DNA from: Candidatus Levyibacteriota bacterium
GTDB lineage: Bacteria; Patescibacteriota; Microgenomatia; Levybacterales; UBA12049
Length of the DNA: 64,000 bases
Assembly: GCA_027459725.1 (NCBI GenBank)
Contig: DAIDHK010000001.1
Location: 131,411-195,410, forward strand
Direction of reading: 5' to 3'
This document shows, piece after piece, positions 1 through 9,794 of the stretch; within the stretch, counting starts at the first letter, position 1, and every line of letters starts with the position of its first letter. A program made the position numbers and the translations under genes. The notes below the pieces were generated by a model, which saw only the letters and a program-made list of their open reading frames with translations, ran no database searches and had not been told where the DNA came from.

Positions 1-696
<696 letters not shown>

Positions 697-699
697 TTA

Positions 700-1203
700 T
701 TAATTAATATTATTCTTTTTACCAACTGTTACTTCAGCTGGCCTTAATAATTTATCATGCAGCATAAATCCTGCTCTTATTTCTTCAATTACTTTACCTT
801 CTTCACCTTCTACTACTTGTATCGCTTCCATCAATACTGGATCGAATTTCTTACCCTTTGTTTCAATTTTAGTAACTCCTTCGTCCTTCAATGCATCTAA
901 AAATTGAGCAATACTGACGAGTAAATTCTGATCCTGACTATGTTTACTTGCCAACATTAGTGTATCTAAAACTGGCAACATTTTCAAGAGAATATTTTTA
1001 CCTGCGCTTTTAATCCATTCTACTCTCTCTTCACGCGAACGCTTTTCTAAATTCTGATAATCGGCTATTGCCCGCATGTATTTGCTTTTAAACTCTTCTT
1101 TTTCCTGTTCTAATTTTTCTAGATCTTCGTTTACTACATTTTCTTCCTCTTCTTCAAGTATCTCTTTTTGATCTTCATGTTTTACTTTTTGCTTATTATC
1201 CAT
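700..1203 (-). CDS. grpE: Nucleotide exchange factor GrpE
   Basis: 167 aa, acidic coiled-coil N-terminus and a conserved GrpE C-terminal region (YMRAIADYQNLEKR..., ...HDKLLRPAEVTV). Sits between hrcA and dnaK. Confidence 0.9.
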   Translation of the reverse strand: MDNKQKVKHEDQKEILEEEEENVVNEDLEKLEQEKEEFKSKYMRAIADYQNLEKRSREERVEWIKSAGKNILLKMLPVLDTLMLASKHSQDQNLLVSIAQFLDALKDEGVTKIETKGKKFDPVLMEAIQVVEGEEGKVIEEIRAGFMLHDKLLRPAEVTVGKKNNIN

Positions 1204-1210
1204 AGTTATT

Positions 1211-1951
1211 TTATCTGACCCCCAATAATTCTTCTACCAAATTCCCAAAATAGCGAACTGTGGGTATAACTTGCTGATAATTCAACCTTACCGGGCCCAA
1301 TACGCCCACCTGACCGGTCTGATTGAGTGGAGTATGATATTGTGTAAAGACAAAACCGTAAGGACCATTCAAACGAGATCCCAAATCTTCTCCGACCAGT
1401 ACGTAAGTATCATCCTCCATAGGTGTTTGGGTTAGATGGCTAAACAAATTTTGAAAATAGTCATATTCATCAATAGTTGCCAAAAGATTTTTCGTAACAT
1501 CTATATCAAAAAACTCAGGCATATCTAAAATATATGAATAACCAGATGTATACATTGTACCATCTCCACTCGTTGCTATAGCAAGTGTCCTGGTTTTATC
1601 AGCTAAAGATTTAGTTATCTCCTTCATAAATCGATTCATCTGATCACGATAATCCCACACTCTTTCTTTCATGGCTACTTCCTCTACAGTTGATAGTTCC
1701 TTTTCTTTCATCAGCTCTTTGACATAGAGTTTCATACCCTCAGCAGTTGGCACGCGGCCTGCTGAAGAATGAGGTTTTTTTAAATAACCAAGTTCTGATA
1801 ACCGAACCATTTCATTACGGATAGTAGCAGGTGAGGCGCTTAAATTATGTTTTTTTTCAATAGTTTCACTGCCAACTGGTTCAGCAGTATAAATATACTC
1901 TTCAATAATACTTTTAAGAATATCTATTTGTCTTTGTGTGAGATTATGCAT
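1211..1951 (-). CDS. hrcA: Heat-inducible transcription repressor HrcA
   Basis: LTQRQIDILKSIIEEY...EPVGSETI...SASPATIRNEM...HSSAGRVPT matches the HrcA N-terminal winged helix. The ORF track starts at a TTG (1990). I prefer the ATG at 1949-1951 (MHNLTQRQ...), which aligns with known HrcA N-termini. Confidence 0.85.
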   Translation of the reverse strand: MHNLTQRQIDILKSIIEEYIYTAEPVGSETIEKKHNLSASPATIRNEMVRLSELGYLKKPHSSAGRVPTAEGMKLYVKELMKEKELSTVEEVAMKERVWDYRDQMNRFMKEITKSLADKTRTLAIATSGDGTMYTSGYSYILDMPEFFDIDVTKNLLATIDEYDYFQNLFSHLTQTPMEDDTYVLVGEDLGSRLNGPYGFVFTQYHTPLNQTGQVGVLGPVRLNYQQVIPTVRYFGNLVEELLGVR

Positions 1952-1954
1952 AAT

Positions 1955-1981
1955 TAGCAAAATAATAACACGAGTGCCAAG
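1955..1981 (-). promoter_or_regulatory. CIRCE-like inverted repeat (HrcA operator), degenerate
   Basis: Minus-strand reading TTGGCACTC-GTGTTATTA-TTTTGCTAA versus CIRCE consensus TTAGCACTC-N9-GAGTGCTAA. Spacing 9; 8/9 and 6/9 half-site matches; outer TT.GCA/TGCTAA preserved. Lies directly upstream of the hrcA start. Confidence 0.5.
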
Positions 1982-1990
1982 AGTTGTCAA
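1962..1990 (-). promoter_or_regulatory. Sigma70-type promoter of the hrcA-grpE-dnaK operon overlapping CIRCE
   Basis: Minus-strand reading TTGACA-(17 nt)-TATTAT. The CIRCE element spans the spacer and -10. The inferred transcription start is only a few nt from the hrcA ATG, so the message may be near-leaderless. Confidence 0.45.
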
Positions 1991-2007
1991 GAAGCCGAAA
2001 TATTAAA

Positions 2008-2334
2008 TTATTTGACTAAAGATAAATATGGAGTCCGTGATCTAATATTTTTTTCAGACTTCTTTACCAACAGTTGTTCTCTAATCGTTCTTCTGATAAT
2101 AGCAACCTGACTCCATCTCAAACTTGCCCCTGTATGCAAAGGCACATGCCCCTCCGCATTACCTATACTTATCAAATTTCTAAGAGGATTAACTACCAAT
2201 CTTCCCCCTGACTCCATCTCTTGAGCAGCCTGACTACCTAAGAAGGAAGCATATTGTCTTTCAGCTAATGATAAACGTGGTTTCCTTACGAGAGCTCGAG
2301 CACTTCTTAATATCTCAATTGACGCTATGGCCAT
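2008..2334 (-). CDS. Hypothetical protein (108 aa), no recognisable family
   Basis: Open frame only. Contains a 14-bp DNA repeat (CCTGACTCCATCTC twice, about 100 bp apart). Composition looks slightly GC-richer than the neighbours. Confidence 0.3.
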   Translation of the reverse strand: MAIASIEILRSARALVRKPRLSLAERQYASFLGSQAAQEMESGGRLVVNPLRNLISIGNAEGHVPLHTGASLRWSQVAIIRRTIREQLLVKKSEKNIRSRTPYLSLVK

Positions 2335-2410
2335 AAAACATTTGTAGTTTTATCACTAAGAAATGCTAATGTCAAGATAGGATAATATAATTTGTGCTAA
2401 CATAAATAAA

Positions 2411-2797
2411 ATGCAGATAAAAATCTTCAGATTTAATATCTTTAACCGGTTTTTTTATCTTTTACTAACTTTAATTTCTTTTGCCACCACAGTTTACGTT
2501 ATAAACATGTACTCTCCCCAGGATACTATTGATCTGCAAATTTACTCATTTAAGTTATCGTCAGTTTATGCGGTATATTTTTTAATCTTTCTTTTTTGCC
2601 TGTTCTTTATGAGAGCCATGACACGTCATTTTATTCACGGTATAAGTTTGGGGATTTTTGTAATAAGCCTGCTGTTGTTGAAATCAAATAACTTTTTCCA
2701 GGCGAGTTTAATTGGACTTCTGGTGTTACTGGTCTTTGTACTTGAGTTTGCTTTCTGGCCTAAAAGGAATAAGCAGCAAAAGCTCCCTAGAAGTTAA
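2411..2797 (+). CDS. Hypothetical small membrane protein (about 4 TM segments)
   Basis: 128 aa with hydrophobic stretches. No motif recognised. Confidence 0.4.
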   Translation: MQIKIFRFNIFNRFFYLLLTLISFATTVYVINMYSPQDTIDLQIYSFKLSSVYAVYFLIFLFCLFFMRAMTRHFIHGISLGIFVISLLLLKSNNFFQASLIGLLVLLVFVLEFAFWPKRNKQQKLPRS

Positions 2798-2925
2798 AGT
2801 ATCACTTTGTAAAACCAGGGAGCTTAATTAATTTTGAGTCTGATCTTTTCCTACTTGTTCTCTGATTGCTGACACGGCTGTTTTCAGTTCTTCTTTCAGC
2901 TTATTCACTTCTGTCAAGTATAAAA

Positions 2926-2975
2926 TAATTTTGGACAATAATCGGAAACAATTATAAAATAAAATTGGACATAAT
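2926..2975. repeat. IS21-like terminal inverted repeat (left end in window coordinates) with two TTGGACA motifs
   Basis: TTGGACAATAAT at 2931 and AAATTGGACATAAT at 2964. Reverse-complementary to 4262-4300. Confidence 0.5.
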
Positions 2976-2988
2976 TGCCTAAAAAAAA

Positions 2989-4212
2989 TTAGTCTCTCTT
3001 TTTAAACCGGTAACTCTCTCCTTTAATTTCGATAACTGTACAGTGATGCAGGAGCCTGTCAACAACGGCGGTTGTTAATGTTTTATCAATGAACACTTTG
3101 TCCCACTCATTAATTGACCGGTTGGTGACGTAGGTTCCCATTTCTGTACTTATCGTGTGGAGGGCTACTTGCTCTCCCTCACAGATAATCCTCAGCAGAT
3201 GCTCATTCCACCTAATGGTCACGTCTTTGCCAACAAGACGGGAAGGAACAGAGTAATAGTTATTGGCAAAATGAATATGACAATTACTTGCCACCACTCG
3301 TTCCCCCCGGTTAAACAGTGCAAAGGGAGTGTCCGGCTGTGACTGTAGCTTACCTTTCTCCTCACTTAAAAATACCTCCATGGGTACTTTCCTGGTTGTC
3401 CCATGCACTCTTTTGTTGGCATAATTATTCATCCAGTCAGTTAATTGCCGCTTCATATCAATGCTGTCATGAAAGGTCCTGCCGCTGATAAAGTTGCCCT
3501 GCAGGTATTTAATCCCTGATTCAACAGTTCCTTTCTGTTCTGGAGAATACGGAGTACAGGGAATGATAACTGTATTGTAGTGATAGGCAAACTCTAAGAA
3601 ATCCTGGTTAAATTCTAAGTCATAATGCTGGTTTTTCAGAATGGCTGTTTTCATGTTATCCACCTTAAGCCTTCCGGGAACTCCGTCAAAATACAGGAAT
3701 GCATTCTCCATTTCTTGTATCAGTGTCTCCAACTTTTGATCATAGGTAATGGCATAAAAATCCAGTCGTGAGTAGGGCAGAATGACTGCTAATCCATAGG
3801 TTTTAACCAGAGGGCCAAGAGGTCCGGGGAACATCCCGACATACCCGAAATCAATCTCAGCTACTTCTCCCGGAAGAACTACCTGAACACCGAATGCCTC
3901 TTTTTGTTTGGGGAAGCGAACCTGAATATATTTACAAAGATTCACATAGGTACTTGAAACCCCATGTGTTTCTGTCAGTATTTCATACATGCGAAGAATT
4001 GATAATTTTTCTTCGATCCATTTCTTAATTTGTTCCTGGTAAGGGTCAAACAATGATCCTTTTTGTCGTGTCTGTTTTTCAATGAAGTTTTCACGAGACA
4101 ATACGTTTGCAATGGTATGACGGTGGCAGCCAAGTTCTCTAGCAATCTCTGATTGTTTCACCCCCTGCTTCTCAAGTGTTTTGATTGTTATTTGTTTGTA
4201 CATAGTTAGCAT
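2989..4212 (-). CDS. istA: IS21-family transposase IstA with in-frame C-terminal remnant of helper ATPase IstB (...VVDRLLHHCTVIEIKGESYRFKKRD)
   Basis: N-terminal HTH (VKQSEIARELGCHRHTIANVL) and DDE integrase core. The last 30 or so residues match the conserved IstB C-terminus (DRLLHH...GESYR), so the intervening istB body appears deleted. Start is probably at MLTMYKQ or MYKQ rather than the upstream alternative start. Confidence 0.7.
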   Translation of the reverse strand: MLTMYKQITIKTLEKQGVKQSEIARELGCHRHTIANVLSRENFIEKQTRQKGSLFDPYQEQIKKWIEEKLSILRMYEILTETHGVSSTYVNLCKYIQVRFPKQKEAFGVQVVLPGEVAEIDFGYVGMFPGPLGPLVKTYGLAVILPYSRLDFYAITYDQKLETLIQEMENAFLYFDGVPGRLKVDNMKTAILKNQHYDLEFNQDFLEFAYHYNTVIIPCTPYSPEQKGTVESGIKYLQGNFISGRTFHDSIDMKRQLTDWMNNYANKRVHGTTRKVPMEVFLSEEKGKLQSQPDTPFALFNRGERVVASNCHIHFANNYYSVPSRLVGKDVTIRWNEHLLRIICEGEQVALHTISTEMGTYVTNRSINEWDKVFIDKTLTTAVVDRLLHHCTVIEIKGESYRFKKRD

Positions 4213-4261
4213 AACAGATCTTGGTTTTTCACCTCCTACTCCGGTGGTACCCACCAAGATC

Positions 4262-4300
4262 TATTATTGTCCAATTTTATTTTATAACTATGTCCATTTT
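4262..4300. repeat. IS21-like terminal inverted repeat (right end) with two TGTCCA motifs
   Basis: ATTATTGTCCAATTTTATTTTATAA ... TATGTCCATTTT. The 20-nt core is an exact reverse-complement match to 2952-2971. Confidence 0.5.
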
Positions 4301-4414
4301 AATATTATATTTAACAATACATATTTATACTATCAAATTCAACGATTATTACAAACTAACCCAAGACTCCAAATTTTTCTTGCCTCGCTATCCTACGTCT
4401 GTTAAAATCAAAGC

Positions 4415-5875
4415 ATGGGAAAATTCTATATTACAATCGCAATTCCTTACGTCAACGGCAAACCGCATCTAGGACATGCGCTTGAATATTTTCAGGCTGA
4501 TGCAATCAGAAGATTTCATGAAATTAACGGTGATCAAACATTACTCCTATCCGGAGCAGATGAAAATGCGCTGAAAAACGTTCAAGCAGCCGAAAAAGAA
4601 GGTATCTCAACTCAGGAATTTTTAGATAGGAATTCTAACGTATTTCGTGAAGCTTTTGTCAAACTAGGTGTTAATTTAGACGTCTTTCAACGCGGATCCG
4701 ATCAGCAAAAACACTGGCCGGGAGTGCAGAAACTGTGGCAACTTTGTTTTGACAACGGAGATATATATAAAAAAAGTTATGAAGGACTTTATTGTGTGGG
4801 TTGCGAGAGTTTCAAAACTGCAGAAGAATTGACCGAAGATGGATTATGTAGGGAACACTTGAAAAAACCGGAGTTGATCAAAGAAGAAAATTACTTTTTC
4901 CGTCTAAGTAAATATCAGGAGCAGCTTGTTGATTTAATTGAAAGCAATACTTTGCAAATTATCCCAGATAATAAACGTCAGGAGACGCTAAGCTTTATCA
5001 AACAGGGCCTGGAAGATTTTAGTATCTCACGCTCTAAAACTCGTGCTAAAGGAGTAGGTGTTCCCGTACCCAACGACTCAGAACAAATTATGTATGTATG
5101 GTTTGATGCTTTGACGATTTATATGACTGGAGTTGGGTTTGGCATTGATGAGTCTAAATACAAGACTTGGTGGCCGGCAGATTTACATATTATCGGCAAG
5201 GATATTAATCGCTTCCATACAGTCTATTGGCCAGCTATGTTACTCTCAGCTAGACTGCCTATACCCAAGCAAGTTCTCATTCACAGTTTTATAAATGCTC
5301 CCGGTGGAGTAAAAATGAGTAAGAGTCTGGGAAATGTAATCGATCCATTTGACATGGCCCGGGAGTTTGGACTGGAATCTTTGCGCTACTACTTGCTTTC
5401 TCAAATTCCCCTGGCTGAGGATGGTGAAATGAGCCTGGAAAGATTTAAAGAGGTTTACAACGCTGATCTTGCTAATGGACTGGGTAATCTAGTTTCCCGC
5501 GTGGCTAAACTATGCGAGATGACTAAACATGAACAACTAGCCCGAGCAGACCGTTCTACCAAACATCTGATGGGTATTGATACTTACCTGCAGGCAATGG
5601 AGAATTATAAGATAAATGAAGCCTGTTCCTTTATCTGGCAGAAAGTAGCGGCTTTGGATAAGTATATTGTCGAGGCCAAACCGTGGGATTTAATCAAAAC
5701 TGAAGATCCAAGACTGCGTAGCGTCCTGGCACATTTAGTAGATGGTCTGCAGGAAATAGGGATATTATTATCACCCATCCTACCTGAGACATCAGGTAGA
5801 ATTGAACAGGTCTTCAAAGGCCCTGAGATAAAAAGCACCACGTCTTTATTTCCAAGGCTAAAAAAGGATAATTAG
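4415..5875 (+). CDS. metG: Methionyl-tRNA synthetase
   Basis: Class I aaRS: PYVNGKPHLGHA (HIGH-type motif) and KMSKSLGNVIDP (KMSKS). 486 aa. Followed by tatD as in many bacteria. Confidence 0.9.
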   Translation: MGKFYITIAIPYVNGKPHLGHALEYFQADAIRRFHEINGDQTLLLSGADENALKNVQAAEKEGISTQEFLDRNSNVFREAFVKLGVNLDVFQRGSDQQKHWPGVQKLWQLCFDNGDIYKKSYEGLYCVGCESFKTAEELTEDGLCREHLKKPELIKEENYFFRLSKYQEQLVDLIESNTLQIIPDNKRQETLSFIKQGLEDFSISRSKTRAKGVGVPVPNDSEQIMYVWFDALTIYMTGVGFGIDESKYKTWWPADLHIIGKDINRFHTVYWPAMLLSARLPIPKQVLIHSFINAPGGVKMSKSLGNVIDPFDMAREFGLESLRYYLLSQIPLAEDGEMSLERFKEVYNADLANGLGNLVSRVAKLCEMTKHEQLARADRSTKHLMGIDTYLQAMENYKINEACSFIWQKVAALDKYIVEAKPWDLIKTEDPRLRSVLAHLVDGLQEIGILLSPILPETSGRIEQVFKGPEIKSTTSLFPRLKKDN

Positions 5876-5902
5876 TAACTGAGATCTATATATAAACGAT
5901 TT

Positions 5903-6709
5903 ATGATTGACGCTCATTGTCATTTGAACTTTCACGCTTTTAATAAAGACGTCGATGAGGTCATAAAAAGATCTCAAGCTGCCGGAGTAGAAAGAATTAT
6001 TAATACCGGTACCAAACTGGATTCAAGCGCGCATGCTCTACAACTGGCAGAGCAATATGATAATCTCTATGCGATAGTGGGAGTTCACCCTCATCATGCA
6101 GATAAAATTGAAGAAGAAGGAGACTGGGTTGGGCAGCTGAAGATAATGACTAATAACCCCAAAGTCGTGGGTATAGGTGAGATAGGTATGGACTATTTCT
6201 CATATCACTCCAATGGCATAGTTGATCCTAAATTACAGAAAAGTGTATTTGAACAGCAGATTATGCTTGCATATAACACAGGCTTACCTCTGCAAATTCA
6301 TAACCGCCAGGCTGGCGAGGATGTCATTGAAGTGCTTAAAGCACATAGAAACTATTTGCAAGCAATCCCAGGCATGTTTCACTGTTTTGCAGGCTCAATG
6401 CAGGTTTTAAAAGAGGCACTTAATTTAGGATTTTTTATAGGATTTGACGGCAATTTGACCTACCCTGGGATGGCACCCGGAGAGACTACCGCTTTGTCTG
6501 ATATAGCTAAATATGTACCTTTAGAGAGGATTATTTGCGAAACAGATAGTCCCTATCTTACTGCTGTGCCTCACCGAGGCCAGAGAAATGAGCCTCAATA
6601 TGTTATACTAGTAGGACAGCAAATTGCCCGATTGAAGCAAATTTCGTACGAAAAAGTCAAACAACAAACTATAAAAAATACCTATACTGTTTTTAAACGT
6701 CTGAAGTAA
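5903..6709 (+). CDS. tatD: TatD-family metal-dependent DNase/hydrolase
   Basis: MIDAHCHLNF... and GIGEIGMDYF signature motifs of TatD/YcfH. 268 aa. Confidence 0.85.
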   Translation: MIDAHCHLNFHAFNKDVDEVIKRSQAAGVERIINTGTKLDSSAHALQLAEQYDNLYAIVGVHPHHADKIEEEGDWVGQLKIMTNNPKVVGIGEIGMDYFSYHSNGIVDPKLQKSVFEQQIMLAYNTGLPLQIHNRQAGEDVIEVLKAHRNYLQAIPGMFHCFAGSMQVLKEALNLGFFIGFDGNLTYPGMAPGETTALSDIAKYVPLERIICETDSPYLTAVPHRGQRNEPQYVILVGQQIARLKQISYEKVKQQTIKNTYTVFKRLK

Positions 6710-6725
6710 TCAGAAATGGTGTACT

Positions 6726-8219
6726 ATGAACGATTTTTTTAATCATATTTTTACCAGGTATCCCATCAAAACACGCCGTCTTCTGGAGTTGATGCCAGGC
6801 CTTACCGCCTGGGCTATTATCTTTTTACCCATCTACGGTTCGTTCCTTTTTCCCGAAGCCCTCTCCTGGATGATTCTTTTCTTTGATGTCTATTGGCTCC
6901 TCAAATCTTTTCATCTGGTTATTACCGCCTATAGAGCTACAGCAAAAATATTAGCTTCAGAAAAAGAAGACTGGAATGCCAAAGCCTCAAAATTACCTCA
7001 CTATAAAGATATGACACATGTATTAGTACTACCCAATTATAAAGAATCGGTCTCCAAGTTGAGATCAACCCTTGAAGAGTTAACTCATCAAAGTTTCCCT
7101 TTAAAAAGAATCTTTATTGTCCTGGCAATGGAAGAGAGGGAAATCGAGGCAAAAGACAAGTCTACTCAACTCATTAAAGAATTCAAACCATATTTTGGCG
7201 ATGTCATTGCCACTTTTCATCCTGACGTCATAGGAGAAGTAAAAGGAAAATCTTCCAATGAAGCCTATGGAGGCAGGGTCGCTTATGAAATGCTTTATGC
7301 TAATAATAAATATGATATAAATTATGCAACCGTAACGTCAGTTGATGCAGACTCTATATTTGATAAGCAATATTTTGCTTATCTAAGCTACAGTTTTATA
7401 ACGAACAACAACCCATATCGCAGATTCTGGCAATCAGCCAACGTCTTTTACAACAATCTGTGGGATGTTCCCGCGCCGAACCGAATTATTTCATTCTTCG
7501 GCAGTATGTATAGAACAGCTGTTCTTGTACAAGGAGATCGCTTAATAATCAATGCTACCTATTCCTTATCTTTTAAACTTCTTAAAGAAATAGATTTTTG
7601 GGATGTTGATGTTATCCCTGAAGATTACAGGATTTTCTTTAAGGCTTTTTATCGTACCAAAGGTGAAACTTATGCAGTGCCGATTTTCCTAAAAACCTCC
7701 CTCGATGCACCAAAATCCCCGACTTATTTAAAGAGTCTGCAAAACAAGTACCAGCAGGAAAGGCGCTGGTCATGGGGAGTTTCTGATGATCCTTTATTTA
7801 TTAAATGGTGGCTCACAGTTCCTGGTGTTCCTTTCTATAGAAAAACTGTCCTACTTTTCAACGTTCTTTTAGATCATCAGCTCTGGCCAGTTAACTGGTT
7901 TATTATTACAGTAGCGGCTAATATCATGCCTATTATAAATCCTGTCTATTCACGTACTACACTTGGCTACATGCTTCCTCAAATTGCCGCTTCCATTTTG
8001 ACCTTGTGTTTACTCGCCATCGTAGCCTTAATTTATCTGGATTATAAAAATTCTACTGAACATCGCTATGTTTCCAAGCGCAGAAGACTTCTTTTCCCTA
8101 TTGAATTTATTTTAATGCCAATAGTCGGATTTTTCCTTTCTGCATTACCAGCCCTGATCTCCCATACTCAACTTATGTTGGGTAAACGTCTTGAGTATAA
8201 GGTCACGGAAAAAGCATAA
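6726..8219 (+). CDS. Membrane-embedded processive family-2 glycosyltransferase (cellulose/chitin/hyaluronan-synthase-like)
   Basis: N-terminal TM pair, central GT-A domain with a DxD-like SVDADS and a QQERRWSWG (QxxRW-type) motif, and a C-terminal multi-TM region. 497 aa. Confidence 0.6.
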   Translation: MNDFFNHIFTRYPIKTRRLLELMPGLTAWAIIFLPIYGSFLFPEALSWMILFFDVYWLLKSFHLVITAYRATAKILASEKEDWNAKASKLPHYKDMTHVLVLPNYKESVSKLRSTLEELTHQSFPLKRIFIVLAMEEREIEAKDKSTQLIKEFKPYFGDVIATFHPDVIGEVKGKSSNEAYGGRVAYEMLYANNKYDINYATVTSVDADSIFDKQYFAYLSYSFITNNNPYRRFWQSANVFYNNLWDVPAPNRIISFFGSMYRTAVLVQGDRLIINATYSLSFKLLKEIDFWDVDVIPEDYRIFFKAFYRTKGETYAVPIFLKTSLDAPKSPTYLKSLQNKYQQERRWSWGVSDDPLFIKWWLTVPGVPFYRKTVLLFNVLLDHQLWPVNWFIITVAANIMPIINPVYSRTTLGYMLPQIAASILTLCLLAIVALIYLDYKNSTEHRYVSKRRRLLFPIEFILMPIVGFFLSALPALISHTQLMLGKRLEYKVTEKA

Positions 8220-8270
8220 GAGTTAAGTTATTAGATTGAATAAAAAGAAAAAATTGATAATAATTAACAT

Positions 8271-9794
8271 ATGAAAGACCTTCTCTATAGACTGGAAAAA
8301 TCTACTGCAACATGGGTACTGCTTATTACACTTTTTATTTTCTTTCTACTGCGTCTTCCTTCCCTGGTTGAACCTTATTGGTATGGTGACGAGGGAATTT
8401 ATGAGGTAATCGGTAGTGCGTTAAGACATGGTGTAGCTTTATACTCAGGTATTTGGGACAACAAACCCCCTCTACTTTATCTTACTTATGCTTTATTTTC
8501 CGGGGACCAATTTTCTGTAAAACTTCTGTCGCTTATTTTCGGCTTGCTAAGTGTAATTGTTTTTTTCTTTCTTTCTAAAAAGTTGTTTAGTCAACCCAAA
8601 ATCCAATATTTAACAACTATTATTTTTGCTTTACTTTTTGCCACTCCAGTCACTGAAGGAGATATCGCTAATGCTGAAAATTTTATGCTTCTCCCTATCC
8701 TGCTAGCAGCATATCTGGTTTATAATCTGTCCCTAAAGAGAGACTTCCATCTGATGGTAGGAAAGGGGGAAATAGGTAATTCTATTGTTAAATATCAAAT
8801 ATGGGCAGGGCTTTTATTAGGAATAGCTTCTCTATACAAAGTTGTTGCAATATTTGATTTTGCAGCTCTGGGATTATTTTTGTTCTTTTCGGTTTACTCA
8901 ACAAATTATAGAATTACCGATTTAACAGATACAAAAATTCTTAAACCTCTGGCAAAATTACTTTTACCTTTTGCTATTAGTTTTTTTGCCCCACTTGTAA
9001 TTACATTAATTTATTTCACTTCAAATGGAGCAGGAGTTGATTTTTTAAGGTCAGCCTTTAGTAACAATGTAGGATATGTCGGATACGGGAATACCCTTGT
9101 TATTCCTCAAGGATTTCTGATCTTAAAAGTTTTAATTCTGCTATTAATTGTCTGGTGGTTATACAGGCAAAGAAAAATATATACTAAAGAAACAATTTTT
9201 ATTTTATTGTGGTTTACATTTGAAATTTTTGACAGTTTTTTTTCTCAGCGGAACTACACCCATTATTTTCTGATGAGTATTATAAGTATATCTCTTTTAG
9301 TTGGATTACCAAGTTTGAAGAATAAGAATAATTGGAAGATAATTATACCTTTTGCTGCCTTAGCCGTTTTTACTATAGTATTTTTTATAAATATCCGGTT
9401 TATAAACTTACCAGGTTATTATCAAAATTATCTCTCCTACATTACTAATCATAAATCTGTTGATAACTATCGTAGTTTTTTTGACAAAACTACAACTCGT
9501 GATTATGCTATTGCTGATTATTTGAAACAGAATACTAAACCATATAGTAAGATCTTTATTTGGGGCAACAGTGCACAAATCTATGTGTTATCAAAAACAC
9601 TTCCTGTAGGAAGATATACAGTCGCATACCATATAACAGGGAAGGCAATTGACGAAACCCAAAGTACAATCGAAAATCAAAGACCCAAATTTATTGTAGT
9701 TCTTTCCGATATATCTCAATTCCCATTTATTATCAGCAATTATCAACCAGTTTTTTCTATGTCAGGTAATATAATTTATGAAAAAAACATTTAA
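8271..9794 (+). CDS. GT-C fold glycosyltransferase (GT39/GT83 ArnT/PMT-like), polyprenyl-phosphate-sugar dependent
   Basis: 507 aa polytopic membrane protein with an extracytoplasmic YWYGDEGIY (DE-type) motif in the first loop, typical of ArnT/PMT-type transferases. Confidence 0.55.
   Translation: MKDLLYRLEKSTATWVLLITLFIFFLLRLPSLVEPYWYGDEGIYEVIGSALRHGVALYSGIWDNKPPLLYLTYALFSGDQFSVKLLSLIFGLLSVIVFFFLSKKLFSQPKIQYLTTIIFALLFATPVTEGDIANAENFMLLPILLAAYLVYNLSLKRDFHLMVGKGEIGNSIVKYQIWAGLLLGIASLYKVVAIFDFAALGLFLFFSVYSTNYRITDLTDTKILKPLAKLLLPFAISFFAPLVITLIYFTSNGAGVDFLRSAFSNNVGYVGYGNTLVIPQGFLILKVLILLLIVWWLYRQRKIYTKETIFILLWFTFEIFDSFFSQRNYTHYFLMSIISISLLVGLPSLKNKNNWKIIIPFAALAVFTIVFFINIRFINLPGYYQNYLSYITNHKSVDNYRSFFDKTTTRDYAIADYLKQNTKPYSKIFIWGNSAQIYVLSKTLPVGRYTVAYHITGKAIDETQSTIENQRPKFIVVLSDISQFPFIISNYQPVFSMSGNIIYEKNI

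Larger units (their letters stand above)
2926..4300 (-). mobile_element. Decayed IS21-family insertion sequence (about 1.37 kb) with istA fused to the tail of istB
   Basis: Bounded by imperfect terminal inverted repeats carrying reiterated TTGGACA/TGTCCA motifs. Sequence 2952-2971 (TTATAAAATAAAATTGGACA) is the exact reverse complement of 4268-4287. Candidate ends are TGGACA at 2932 and TGTCCA at 4296, with a possible TTTT target duplication. A single ORF encodes an HTH + DDE transposase and ends in an IstB-type C-terminus. Confidence 0.6.

Noticed and set aside
2100-2225. Two copies of the 14-bp sequence CCTGACTCCATCTC about 100 bp apart, considered as a possible CRISPR-like or tandem-repeat feature.
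   Set aside because: Only two copies, inside an open reading frame, with no regular spacing and no further repeats. No CRISPR array is present anywhere in the window.
2786-2826. Hairpin AAGCTCCCT...AGGGAGCTT overlapping the stop of the 2411-2797 ORF, as a possible terminator.
   Set aside because: A 9-bp stem with a roughly 28-nt loop and no U-tract. Too weak to call an intrinsic terminator.
2830-2925. Short minus-strand open frame (...LTEVNKLKEELKTAVSAIREQVGKDQTQN*) abutting the IS end, as a possible remnant of a gene disrupted by the insertion.
   Set aside because: Only about 30 codons, no start, and no matching N-terminal fragment on the far side of the element (4300-4414 has no coding potential). 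Insufficient evidence for a disrupted gene.
3157-3342. Short ORFs on the opposite strand inside larger genes (e.g. 3157-3342, 5605-5841, 13457-13648, 13730-13924, 15168-15368, 23357-23563, 36547-36777, 58157-58484, 62368-62709 and similar).
   Set aside because: Each lies wholly within a well-supported longer gene on the other strand. Each is 60-110 aa with low-complexity composition and no motif. Treated as antisense noise.
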